The notes below the pieces were generated by a model. It was not told the DNA's origin. It did no database searches and worked only from the letters and a program-made list of their open reading frames with translations. Shown piece by piece: positions 18,473 to 26,595 of a stretch of 64,000 nt of DNA (its first letter is position 1; every line of letters begins with the position of its first letter). Source of the DNA: Candidatus Woesebacteria bacterium (lineage in GTDB: Bacteria; Patescibacteriota; Microgenomatia; UBA8517). The stretch lies in contig CP066686.1 in assembly GCA_016432365.1 (NCBI GenBank), positions 410,906 through 474,905 of the forward strand, given 5' to 3'. A program made the position numbers and the translations under genes.

Positions 18473-18609
18473 ATCTCTTGAAGCTTTAGTTGAACCTTGG
18501 GACTGGAAAGTCAATTTGTCGATCTTTGACACGTTGATACTACCAGTCCCTGTTTGTTTTTCCCCATAATTTTTAATTTTAAATTATTAATTATAAATTT
18601 ATGTTTCAT

Positions 18610-18647
18610 CCCATAGCTCTTGACTTTTTCTATTTTTCTGGTATACT
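18610..18647 (+). promoter_or_regulatory. Sigma70 promoter cccatagctcTTGACT-N16-TATACT.
   Basis: TTGACT 18620-18625; TATACT 18642-18647. The long leader carries the aacatcttgagattc motif at 18721-18735. Confidence 0.45.
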
Positions 18648-18778
18648 TGCCTCACGTCTTTTGACTGGGAAACCGGTCAGTTTTTTTGCGACTGGGATTT
18701 CAGTGTAAAAAGTGAACATTAACATCTTGAGATTCAAAGATAGTTAAAACATTTCAAAAAGGTTCAAGGAGGAACCAA

Positions 18779-20482
18779 ATGAATAAGCGAAACAGATTCT
18801 TCAAAATCCTGTTTGCAGTGGCGGCCATCATAGCTGTCACAGTTGCCTGCGGTGGTGGATCTGGTTTGGCGACCGATAATGGCGCTTTGCGCATTGTTGC
18901 CGACCCCACCATTCAACTTCTCGATTCCAACGGAATTCTTTCGTCGTGCGGCGTGCCGTACACGATCGAATACCTTGGATCCGTGGAGATGAAACTGAAA
19001 GTCCAGGATTATTCAACAAGTAATCCAGGCGATGTGGACGTCTTCTGGGCCGCTAGTCCAATTTGGCTTCCCGGCAGTTTTGTGGTTAACAAAACCCCAA
19101 TCATGGGCTCGTATGTCGTGTTTGGAGTTAACCCGAATATTGCCTCGCAGTTCGGTTGGAACCCGGTCAATGGCGTCTATTTCAACAACATCATGCAGGC
19201 GTCAAACTCCCGTGCGTTATCATTGGGGATAGCTTCGGCTTCACAAGATGACGCGGCCGCTAATTTCAATTTAGCGGGGCTTACGGCGCTTAAAGGTACC
19301 GGTGAGCCGTTGTATGCTGAGGACCTGGGCAATCCGGCGATTACCGATCCGATGAAGACTTTCTACTCGAACGTCTCTCTCGGATCCAATCATTCCGGCG
19401 ATCTGGCTACGAAGTTTGTTGCGGATCAGTTGTCCGGCAATCCCCAACTCAACAGTTTTGTACTGCCTGAGGCGATGGCCATTTCGGTTAATCAGCAGTT
19501 GACTGCCAAAGGCGCAAGCCCGATGACTGTCTTCTATGTTAAGGACGCGGTCGGTCTGCAAAGCTTTACCATGGGTTACACCAAGGATTCAAGTGATGCC
19601 AAGCAGGAAAGTTTCAATACGCTTGTAAAGTGCTTGACCTCTGCCGATACACAGAAGAAGTTACAAAACCTTGGTTTCCGTGCCGGTGGCGTTGGTATGA
19701 AGATCGAAAATCCCAATACTAGCGTTTTCAATCCCGCTTGGGGATTCGATGGTACGGCGGAATATCTTACCGTGAATCTTCCGAAGTTTCCGGTGATCGA
19801 AACCGCCCTCAACACCTATCAACTTGCGTGGAAAAAGCCGTCTTGTACTGTCTATGTTTTGGATTTTTCTCCATCCATGGACCCTGATGGGAGAGCTCAA
19901 CTCCTGGCCGCTATGAAGCTTTTGCTCGGCCCGGATGCAGCCAAGTACACTCTGCAGACAGGACAAAATGATTCGACTTACGCTGTTACTTTTGCGGATC
20001 GAATCTTGTCGCAGTACTCTGTGAGTGGCAACGATGCCGCCAGTTTGTATGCGGAAACGCCAGCTGATCAACTGCGATATGCACCGAACGACGCGAAAAA
20101 AGAAAATCCGCTCAATCCTTACGACGCAAATTCGCTCTTTGGAAAGATCTACTATGAACCGTTTGGTAACGCAACAGACATTTATGGATCCGTTGTTTAC
20201 GGACTTCAATTGGCTGTTCAGAATTGCAGAGCGGATCAGCTTCCAGCGGTTGTGTTTCTTACCGACGGTGAGCGTACTGCCGGGCCCAAATATTCGTATC
20301 TTAAGGATTTTGTGAATGATAACAACTTACAGATCCGTGTGTATGCGATTTTGATGGGCGACGCGGATGAAGGGGTTTTGGCTGAGATCACGGCACTTAC
20401 CAAAGCAGGCGAACCTTGCGATGGCCGTACAGGAGAAGACGCACTTGTGCGTTGTTTCCGCAATATCCGAGGCAGTAACTGA
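18779..20482 (+). CDS. Lipoprotein with a C-terminal von Willebrand factor A (VWA) domain.
   Basis: Signal peptide plus lipobox-like AVTVAC. MIDAS motif DFSPSM (DxSxS) and the downstream LTDGE motif. The N-terminal 330 aa shows weak similarity to ORF 20500-21603. Confidence 0.65.
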   Translation: MNKRNRFFKILFAVAAIIAVTVACGGGSGLATDNGALRIVADPTIQLLDSNGILSSCGVPYTIEYLGSVEMKLKVQDYSTSNPGDVDVFWAASPIWLPGSFVVNKTPIMGSYVVFGVNPNIASQFGWNPVNGVYFNNIMQASNSRALSLGIASASQDDAAANFNLAGLTALKGTGEPLYAEDLGNPAITDPMKTFYSNVSLGSNHSGDLATKFVADQLSGNPQLNSFVLPEAMAISVNQQLTAKGASPMTVFYVKDAVGLQSFTMGYTKDSSDAKQESFNTLVKCLTSADTQKKLQNLGFRAGGVGMKIENPNTSVFNPAWGFDGTAEYLTVNLPKFPVIETALNTYQLAWKKPSCTVYVLDFSPSMDPDGRAQLLAAMKLLLGPDAAKYTLQTGQNDSTYAVTFADRILSQYSVSGNDAASLYAETPADQLRYAPNDAKKENPLNPYDANSLFGKIYYEPFGNATDIYGSVVYGLQLAVQNCRADQLPAVVFLTDGERTAGPKYSYLKDFVNDNNLQIRVYAILMGDADEGVLAEITALTKAGEPCDGRTGEDALVRCFRNIRGSN

Positions 20483-20499
20483 AGAAAGGAAATTATACA

Positions 20500-21603
20500 A
20501 TGAAGCGAAACCAACTTTTCATTGTCGGTGCGGCCCTGATGCTACTGGTCTTGGTGGCCATCGTGGTTGTACCGAATGTTTTCAAGACAACCCCCAAGAC
20601 TACAATCACGTGTCTGGGCGGACAAGTCTTTTTGGCCGATGAAGGTATGCAACAGCGCCTGCTGGATGAGTACAACATCGAGGTCAAATACGTTTCCTCC
20701 GGATCCTTTGAAATGAAGGATAAAGACCTGACTGGTATTGACTGTGCCTGGCCCGGAAGCGCCCCAGCGGCAGCCGATTTTGTCAGTGCGCACAAGGACA
20801 TCGTGCTTAAGAAAGATACGATGTTCCGTACGTTCAACCTGTTCTTCACCCGCAAGGATCTGGGCTACGAAGATGCTTTTATCAAAGCAGGTTACGTTTA
20901 CCAGAAAGACGGAGCCGACTTTATGCCCATGGCGCCCATTATCGAAGCCATGAAAGCTCACAAGACATGGGAAGAAATTGGCGTTCAGGGCGTGCCGGGA
21001 TTCGTGAATATCAAGTATTCTGCCCCGGAATCGTCTGGCGGCGGTCTGCAGCACCTGTTCTTGCTTTGCAGTTACCTTATGCCTGGCGGTGAGAACGGCG
21101 GACTTCCGTGCGATGCTGCAAATTTGGGCCCCGTATTACCGACTCTGGTTGACAACTGGAATTTCCAGGGTGGGCAGACCGGCTCAAGTCCCGAGTGGTT
21201 CAAGGCGTGGCTGCAAAACAGCAGGAGCCTTCCTTTGGGAGCAAGTTCAGAAAGTCTATTCCTGGGCTACTACAATCAATTGCCTGCCGATCAGAAAAAG
21301 GCTGCACTGGACGACATCGTCGGTATTTATTCGGAATGGACGATTGGAACTGACCATGTCTTCATCGCGATTACACCCAACGGTGTGAGACTGCTGGAGA
21401 TTTTGCAATCGGATCCATATTTCGCCCAGCGTGCATGGGATGCCTATGGTATGCGCACCGCATTCGGTGGCCTTGGCGCTAAGCCCGGACAAACGGATGT
21501 TCCTTGGATCGTCGCAGAGCCGCTTGCAATAAGCGAGCCCAAGCAGGATGCTACACAAATGATCACCTGCGCGATCAATCCCGCGAAATGCGCACCCAAG
21601 TAA
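20500..21603 (+). CDS. Signal-anchored extracytoplasmic protein, possible paralog of the N-terminal domain of the VWA lipoprotein.
   Basis: N-terminal TM/signal. YVSSGSFEMKDKDLTGIDCAWPGSAP resembles YLGSVEMKLKVQDYS...DVDVFWAASP in 18779-20482. Confidence 0.5.
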   Translation: MKRNQLFIVGAALMLLVLVAIVVVPNVFKTTPKTTITCLGGQVFLADEGMQQRLLDEYNIEVKYVSSGSFEMKDKDLTGIDCAWPGSAPAAADFVSAHKDIVLKKDTMFRTFNLFFTRKDLGYEDAFIKAGYVYQKDGADFMPMAPIIEAMKAHKTWEEIGVQGVPGFVNIKYSAPESSGGGLQHLFLLCSYLMPGGENGGLPCDAANLGPVLPTLVDNWNFQGGQTGSSPEWFKAWLQNSRSLPLGASSESLFLGYYNQLPADQKKAALDDIVGIYSEWTIGTDHVFIAITPNGVRLLEILQSDPYFAQRAWDAYGMRTAFGGLGAKPGQTDVPWIVAEPLAISEPKQDATQMITCAINPAKCAPK

Positions 21604-21770
21604 GTTGAATCTCAAGATTTAGTTTTACGGCGACCGCGCTGACATTTAGGCCATTAATTTGGTAAAATGTCAGCCGGTCGCCAGATTCATTGAGTTCAGA
21701 AATCATTTCTGGATTCAAAAATCATATTTTTGCACGTTAACATCTTGAGATTCTAAGAAAGGAGTAGCTC
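21604..21770. repeat. Structured intergenic repeat element E1.
   Basis: Contains gaatctcaagat (21607-21618), ttttacggcga, a 19-bp inverted repeat (21629-21647 / 21665-21682), a cagaaat-c-atttctg hairpin (21696-21711) and aacatcttgagattc (21739-21753). Homologous to E2 at 23789-24019. Confidence 0.55.
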
Positions 21771-22394
21771 ATGAGCGATGATTTCAAAGAGAAAGTGGCA
21801 GCTAACGCCGGCATTATTGCCATCGTGTCCGCCACGATCATGTTTTTGATTTCCTATTTGGTGCTCAGTAACGTAACACAAGGGAACTGGTTGAAGTCAC
21901 TTGTAGTGGCAGCGGTTTTCTTTGGTGTTACTGTCTTGGGCGTCTGGTTGATGGCAAGCCAAGTGGTTGATGCCTATACTCTGGACGCGGCAGACAACAT
22001 CGGCGACGTGAACAACCAGTTGAAAAGACTGCGTGGTTACGCGATGGAAATCAAAGATCCTGCGGTTAAAGCGATTCTTGGCAAGATCAGCAAGGATACC
22101 GTCGCACTTGTCAAATTCACCCGTAGACACCAACCATCGTCATTGCTGTCGTGCGCGACCGTGCTTGAAGCATGGTTTGAGATGATTATCAAAAACGCGG
22201 CAAAATGTGCTGAGGTTGGACAAGAAACGGATTACTTCAAGAATCAAAGTGCGATCTACAAAACTGCATTGAAAGGATTTGAAGGCTTCGATCAATTTTT
22301 GATCAACAGCATAAATCTAATCACTGCAGGTTCCGATCCTGAATTTGAGGCCAATTCCAAGATGCTTGACGCATCGCGGTTCAACCTGATCTAG
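21771..22394 (+). CDS. Two-TM protein with helical C-terminal domain; candidate XpaC-like (5-bromo-4-chloroindolyl phosphate hydrolysis protein family).
   Basis: Two N-terminal TM helices plus an alpha-helical cytoplasmic domain, immediately upstream of a candidate TelA-like gene. Called from architecture and neighbourhood only. Confidence 0.4.
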   Translation: MSDDFKEKVAANAGIIAIVSATIMFLISYLVLSNVTQGNWLKSLVVAAVFFGVTVLGVWLMASQVVDAYTLDAADNIGDVNNQLKRLRGYAMEIKDPAVKAILGKISKDTVALVKFTRRHQPSSLLSCATVLEAWFEMIIKNAAKCAEVGQETDYFKNQSAIYKTALKGFEGFDQFLINSINLITAGSDPEFEANSKMLDASRFNLI

Positions 22395-22483
22395 TTAGTC
22401 GAAGTGCGGCTAGGTCGACACATCCAATTTTCAAGAATTCGAGCTAAAACTAGCTCGTTTCTATTCATATCTAAGGAGATAAA

Positions 22484-23788
22484 ATGAACGTTGATCCCAA
22501 CAAACCCGGTTTGTCAGTTGATGTCACCCCTGTTCCAGTCGCCCCCGCAACGGATGTTCTGTCCAATGTGGCGAGTGCGCCAAATGGTCCTCAGGGCGTC
22601 GTGGCTCGTGACCTTCTGGACGGTAAAGCGCAGATCAAGGCCGACAGAGAAGCGGAAGGCGACTTTGTTGCCCTTTTCGAAAACGCCGAAGCGCTTACGA
22701 ATTACGGCAACACCGAACTCGAGCCGCTCAACAAGCTGATCGACGACGCTGCCGCGCAAATTCCCCCAGTCGTCATCCCTGAACTGCAGGCCAAGATGGG
22801 CGAATTGCATCGGGATATGCGCAAACTTTCCGGCAAGTATGACATGGGCAATCCCAAGGTCATCGCCTGGGTTCGCGATTCCGTGGCTGGCATCAAGCGG
22901 GGCTGGTTCACCGGAGAGTCCATCTTTGATGCCATCCTCTTCGATGCGAAGAACACTTACCAGAAGCTCGACACGGTCAAGGCTGTTGTCAAGCCGAAGG
23001 AATTGCAGGCTGTCAAGAATGTTGGGCTGTTGGACACTTTCTATCGTACCAACGATTCGGAAATCCTGGCCCTCATCTATCGCATTGCGGTTATGGAATC
23101 GATCCAAAGCCTCGGCGAGGCTGCCGCGCGCAACATCAAAGCGGATCCCGGAAAGCCCTCGGATCAGCCTTTGATCACGAAGCGCAATTTGTTGACGGAG
23201 TTCGCCAACAACATGTCGCTGAAAAGTTCCAGTTTCAAAGGCCGCCTGTTCCTTGGTTGGGCAAACGGTCCTCAGTTGATCACCAAGCGCACGTTGAACC
23301 TTTCGCTCGCCGTTCGCTTGAACATGATCACCAACGTTTCCCTCCCGAGCGTCAAATTCGCGGTCGAACAGTGGGAACTGGCGATTCAAATGCAACAACT
23401 GGCCAGCATCATCGAGTTGACCGAGAATTTCAACAATGAAGTTCTGACCCAGGCTGCCAAAGCCGGCGCTCAGGTTGCCGCTTACGTTGTTGATACGACC
23501 CAGGCCCCTGCCTTGCGCCCGGAGTCCATCAAAGCAATCGCAGACGCCATTGCTTCCCAGGCTGACGCTACCGCTCAGGCATACGTGCTTGGCCTTCAAC
23601 GCCGCCAGGAAGCCGATAAGGCAATCTTCGATTCGCAGAAGCTTATCGCCAATTCACAGAACAAGGTTTCGGACGCGTTCTTGAACAAGGTGATCGCGAA
23701 TGCGAACACGGCACGCCAAGTCGCCCGCAACGAGCAAAACGAATTGCTCGCTCTGGCGAAGCAGGTTCCCGCGGCCGCCGCTGCGTAA
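22484..23788 (+). CDS. Candidate TelA/YaaN-family (toxic anion resistance) protein.
   Basis: 434 aa, predominantly helical, Ala/Gln-rich C-terminus. Its size and pairing with an XpaC-like gene match the conserved xpaC-yaaN arrangement. Not verified by alignment. Confidence 0.45.
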   Translation: MNVDPNKPGLSVDVTPVPVAPATDVLSNVASAPNGPQGVVARDLLDGKAQIKADREAEGDFVALFENAEALTNYGNTELEPLNKLIDDAAAQIPPVVIPELQAKMGELHRDMRKLSGKYDMGNPKVIAWVRDSVAGIKRGWFTGESIFDAILFDAKNTYQKLDTVKAVVKPKELQAVKNVGLLDTFYRTNDSEILALIYRIAVMESIQSLGEAAARNIKADPGKPSDQPLITKRNLLTEFANNMSLKSSSFKGRLFLGWANGPQLITKRTLNLSLAVRLNMITNVSLPSVKFAVEQWELAIQMQQLASIIELTENFNNEVLTQAAKAGAQVAAYVVDTTQAPALRPESIKAIADAIASQADATAQAYVLGLQRRQEADKAIFDSQKLIANSQNKVSDAFLNKVIANANTARQVARNEQNELLALAKQVPAAAAA

Positions 23789-24019
23789 CTGAATCTCAAG
23801 ATCTAAAAAGAGGTGGTAGACCATTTAAAACGGTTTACCACCTCTGGTACTTTTACGGCGATCAGCCAAACTTTAGTTGTCCCCCTGGACTTCTACCGTT
23901 TGACTGATCGCCCGATTATTTGAGTACAGAAAAATCTTAAATTTCTGTCATCAAACAGATCGAATTTCGTTTCACAAATCGCACATTTCCATATTCAAAA
24001 AAAGAAAGGAAGAAGCATC
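23789..24019. repeat. Structured intergenic repeat element E2.
   Basis: gaatctcaagat (23791-23802); hairpin agaggtggtagacc/ggtttaccacctct (23809-23845); ttttacggcga plus inverted repeat ggcgatcag/ctgatcgcc (23857-23912); acagaaa...tttctgt hairpin (23926-23948). Confidence 0.55.
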
Positions 24020-24502
24020 GTGAAAACGTATCAGTTATTGATCTTTCTGGGAGTGATCCTTGGTTTGGCAATAGGAGTTGCTTCCCAGATCCACCAGCTT
24101 CAGGGCATGTTATCCAACATTGGCAATTTTATTGTCGATTTGTTGGTGTTTGTAGTGACCCTCGTTGGTGCCGGATTTTTGGGCTGGTTGGCCAAAGCAT
24201 ACGGCATCGCGGCTCTCGACATCAATGTTTGGCCGGAGAAAAACATGACTGCCAATCAAAGGTACGCGATTTTATCGGTACTTCTATTGGCTACATTCTT
24301 CGGTTGGATTTGGGTGGCTATGGCCCTTGTCGTTCCCGGAAGTTGGATGTATGCAATTGGAACCGATGGGTTTTGGTGGTCCGGCGCCTTTGAAACACCG
24401 CCCGTTTTATGGGGTGTTTGGGGTGCAGTATCATTTCTGATTGCATGGTCTTCCACAGACCACCGACCGGGTTATCGCCTTTTCAACGGCGAAGCTGACT
24501 GA
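24020..24502 (+). CDS. Hypothetical 4-TM membrane protein, tandem paralog A.
   Basis: GTG start with RBS AAGGAAG. Shares WLAKAYGIAALD..W.EKNMT...W..G...W.G.FETPP..WGVWGA with the next gene. Confidence 0.5.
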   Translation: MKTYQLLIFLGVILGLAIGVASQIHQLQGMLSNIGNFIVDLLVFVVTLVGAGFLGWLAKAYGIAALDINVWPEKNMTANQRYAILSVLLLATFFGWIWVAMALVVPGSWMYAIGTDGFWWSGAFETPPVLWGVWGAVSFLIAWSSTDHRPGYRLFNGEAD

Positions 24503-24515
24503 AGGAGAAAAGATT

Positions 24516-25058
24516 ATGAATAAACAGCAGTTTGGTCTTGTTGTTGCGGTCATTGTGGCTGTGATTTTAGGGATAGGTTATATGATCCCTCAGTCACATT
24601 CTCTGGTTGACGTAGTCGTCAAGATTTTCGTGGGAATAGTGATGTTTGTCGTCAACCTTGCGGTTTTCCTGCTGACTCTGGGTGGAGCACTTCTCTTGGC
24701 CTGGCTTGTTAAGGCCTATGGTATTGCTCTGCTGGACATGAAGGTTTGGAAAGAAAAGAACATGACAGATGGACAGCGCATCGGCATTGGAGCAATCTTG
24801 CACGTTCTTGCTTTCGTGCTCTGGGTCGGCGCTCCCTACCTGCTCATTCAACCTGGTACCTGGATGTACTGGATTGGTACCCATGTTGGATGGTATGGCG
24901 TTTTTGAAACTCCTCCCATCTGGTGGGGAGTCTGGGGTGCACTTACCTTTTTCTTCGGTTGGTACAATACGGATCACGAACCGTTTTACCGAAAACTTGA
25001 GAGGTGGGAGGAAGAGCGTGAAGACAAGGCTCGGAGGCAGCGAGATGCCAGTAACTAA
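24516..25058 (+). CDS. Hypothetical 4-TM membrane protein, tandem paralog B. ORF-track start 24441 is upstream in frame.
   Basis: ATG with RBS GAAGGAG. Clear paralogy to 24020-24502. Confidence 0.5.
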   Translation: MNKQQFGLVVAVIVAVILGIGYMIPQSHSLVDVVVKIFVGIVMFVVNLAVFLLTLGGALLLAWLVKAYGIALLDMKVWKEKNMTDGQRIGIGAILHVLAFVLWVGAPYLLIQPGTWMYWIGTHVGWYGVFETPPIWWGVWGALTFFFGWYNTDHEPFYRKLERWEEEREDKARRQRDASN

Positions 25059-25413
25059 TACCATTTCCGGCGATATCTTTTTGATCACCTTGCCCGGCTT
25101 TCCGGACCTAGTGATTGACCCGGCCGACGTTGAGGAATTGGAGAATGCCTCCTTTTACCGAGTCAGCGGCGTGTTGATTGATGACTTGGTAACGTTCATT
25201 GTGACCCCGTATTTCGGAGGTTCTTACTTGAGCGTAACGTATACCGATGGAGATCGGGTTGAAGATGATTCTACGCGTGGCCGTGGTGAATGTCACTTCA
25301 CCCATACGGTGAAGCAGGACGAGGAACGAGTTTCGCTTGAAATATGGTCGGGTGAAAAATCCGATGCAAATAACACCAAGCGGACAGTTGTCCTGATCTT
25401 TAATGTGAAGTAG
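25045..25413 (+). CDS. Hypothetical small protein, about 122 aa.
   Basis: ATG at 25045 overlaps the upstream stop by 14 nt. This is the 3' part of ORF-track 24769-25413, whose 5' part is antisense/out-of-frame overlap and is rejected. Confidence 0.3.
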   Translation: MPVTNTISGDIFLITLPGFPDLVIDPADVEELENASFYRVSGVLIDDLVTFIVTPYFGGSYLSVTYTDGDRVEDDSTRGRGECHFTHTVKQDEERVSLEIWSGEKSDANNTKRTVVLIFNVK

Positions 25414-25460
25414 TTTCCGGCCCCGATCGGGTTTTAATAACCTGACCGGGGCTTTTTTTT
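25414..25460 (+). terminator. Rho-independent terminator closing the higher-GC island.
   Basis: Palindrome cccgatcggg followed by tttt, and gccccg...cggggc followed by tttttttt. Confidence 0.6.
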
Positions 25461-25484
25461 GGCAAAATGAGATATAATTCAGTC

Positions 25485-26537
25485 ATGCAGGAACTTAAAC
25501 AAAAAGTTGATGAGCTTTTGATCCGCCTAAATAAGCTGATCGAGGTTATTGGTCTTCCCGAAAAAAAGCAAAAAATAGTCGAGCTTGAGGCTAAGGCGTC
25601 CGAGCCTACACTTTGGGATGATCCAAACCAGGCACGTGCAGTTACCCAGGAGCTTTCGGACATTAAAAAGGAAGTAGATGAAATTTCCGATCTAAAAAGC
25701 ACCCTGGAGATTCTAACCGAGGTTCAGGACGAGGAAGAGGTCAAAAAGGCCGAAAAGACCCTAGCCAGGCTGGAGCTTGTATCCTATCTTTCAGGAGAAT
25801 ATGATGCCAAGAATGCCCTAATTTCGATCCATGCGGGCCAAGGAGGCACGGAGGCTATGGATTGGAGTAATATGCTATACCGCATGTATCTACGTTTTTG
25901 TGAACGTAGGGGATGGCCCACGGAGAACCTAGATTATACCTCGGGCGAGGAAGCCGGTATTAAGAGTGTTACCTTCAAAGTTACAGGGCATTATGCCTAT
26001 GGCTACCTAAAAAGAGAGGCGGGAACCCACAGGCTGGTGCGTCAGTCTCCTTTTAATGCGGATAAGCTCAGACAAACCTCGTTTGCGTTATGTGAAGTCA
26101 TGCCTGAACTAACCGATACAGACCTCCATGACATGGAAATTAAAGACAGCGACTTAGAATGGCAGTTTATTCATGCCGGTGGGCACGGGGGTCAGAATGT
26201 TAATAAAGTTGCTACAGCGGTCCGACTTACCCATGTTCCATCAGGAATTGTGATTACAGCTTCAACCGAACGTTTTCAGGAACAAAATAGAAAAATAGCC
26301 CTGGATCTTCTTCGCGGAAAACTATGGATTAGACAGCAGGAGATTGAAAAAGGAGTCAAAAAGGAAATTAAAGGGGACTATCGGCCTGCTTCCTGGGGAA
26401 CTCAAATCCGTTCCTATGTTTTACATCCATATAAAATGGTAAAAGATCTTCGTACTCAGGTAGAAACCGGCAATACAGATGCGGTTCTTGACGGAGAGAT
26501 AGATGAATTCATAGACGCGGAGCTTAAACTTCATTAA
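25485..26537 (+). CDS. prfB: Peptide chain release factor 2. ORF-track start 25467.
   Basis: GGQ motif (HAGGHGGQNVNKV) and the RF2-specific SPF tripeptide (RQSPFNAD). A TATAAT box lies 6 nt upstream of ATG 25485. Contiguous ORF, no +1 frameshift site. Confidence 0.9.
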   Translation: MQELKQKVDELLIRLNKLIEVIGLPEKKQKIVELEAKASEPTLWDDPNQARAVTQELSDIKKEVDEISDLKSTLEILTEVQDEEEVKKAEKTLARLELVSYLSGEYDAKNALISIHAGQGGTEAMDWSNMLYRMYLRFCERRGWPTENLDYTSGEEAGIKSVTFKVTGHYAYGYLKREAGTHRLVRQSPFNADKLRQTSFALCEVMPELTDTDLHDMEIKDSDLEWQFIHAGGHGGQNVNKVATAVRLTHVPSGIVITASTERFQEQNRKIALDLLRGKLWIRQQEIEKGVKKEIKGDYRPASWGTQIRSYVLHPYKMVKDLRTQVETGNTDAVLDGEIDEFIDAELKLH

Positions 26538-26595
26538 AAAATTCCTCTCAGGCGAAATCCGGCTCGTGCTTTTCAGATATGCCTGAGAGATTTGT
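26538..26595. terminator. Bidirectional terminator hairpin between convergent prfB and 26596-27090.
   Basis: Inverted repeat ctctcaggc ... gcctgagag flanking a U-rich loop. Confidence 0.45.

Noticed and set aside
22514-23599. 361-aa minus-strand ORF antisense to the TelA-like gene, and similar long antisense ORFs at 19661-20209, 20542-21054, 20493-20855 and 22839-23174
   Set aside because: Higher-GC DNA yields long spurious stop-free antisense frames. Their products are Arg/Gly/Leu-rich low-complexity sequences with no start context, whereas the plus-strand genes have RBSs and coherent domain content.
24769-25044. 5' part of ORF-track 24769-25413
   Set aside because: It is out of frame with and overlaps the well-supported paralog B membrane gene. 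Only the segment from ATG 25045 onward is plausible as a separate small gene.
25467-26537. Programmed +1 frameshift in prfB
   Set aside because: It was looked for because many bacteria have an in-frame UGA near codon 25. Here the RF2 reading frame is contiguous from the start to the GGQ and SPF motifs, so there is no frameshift site.
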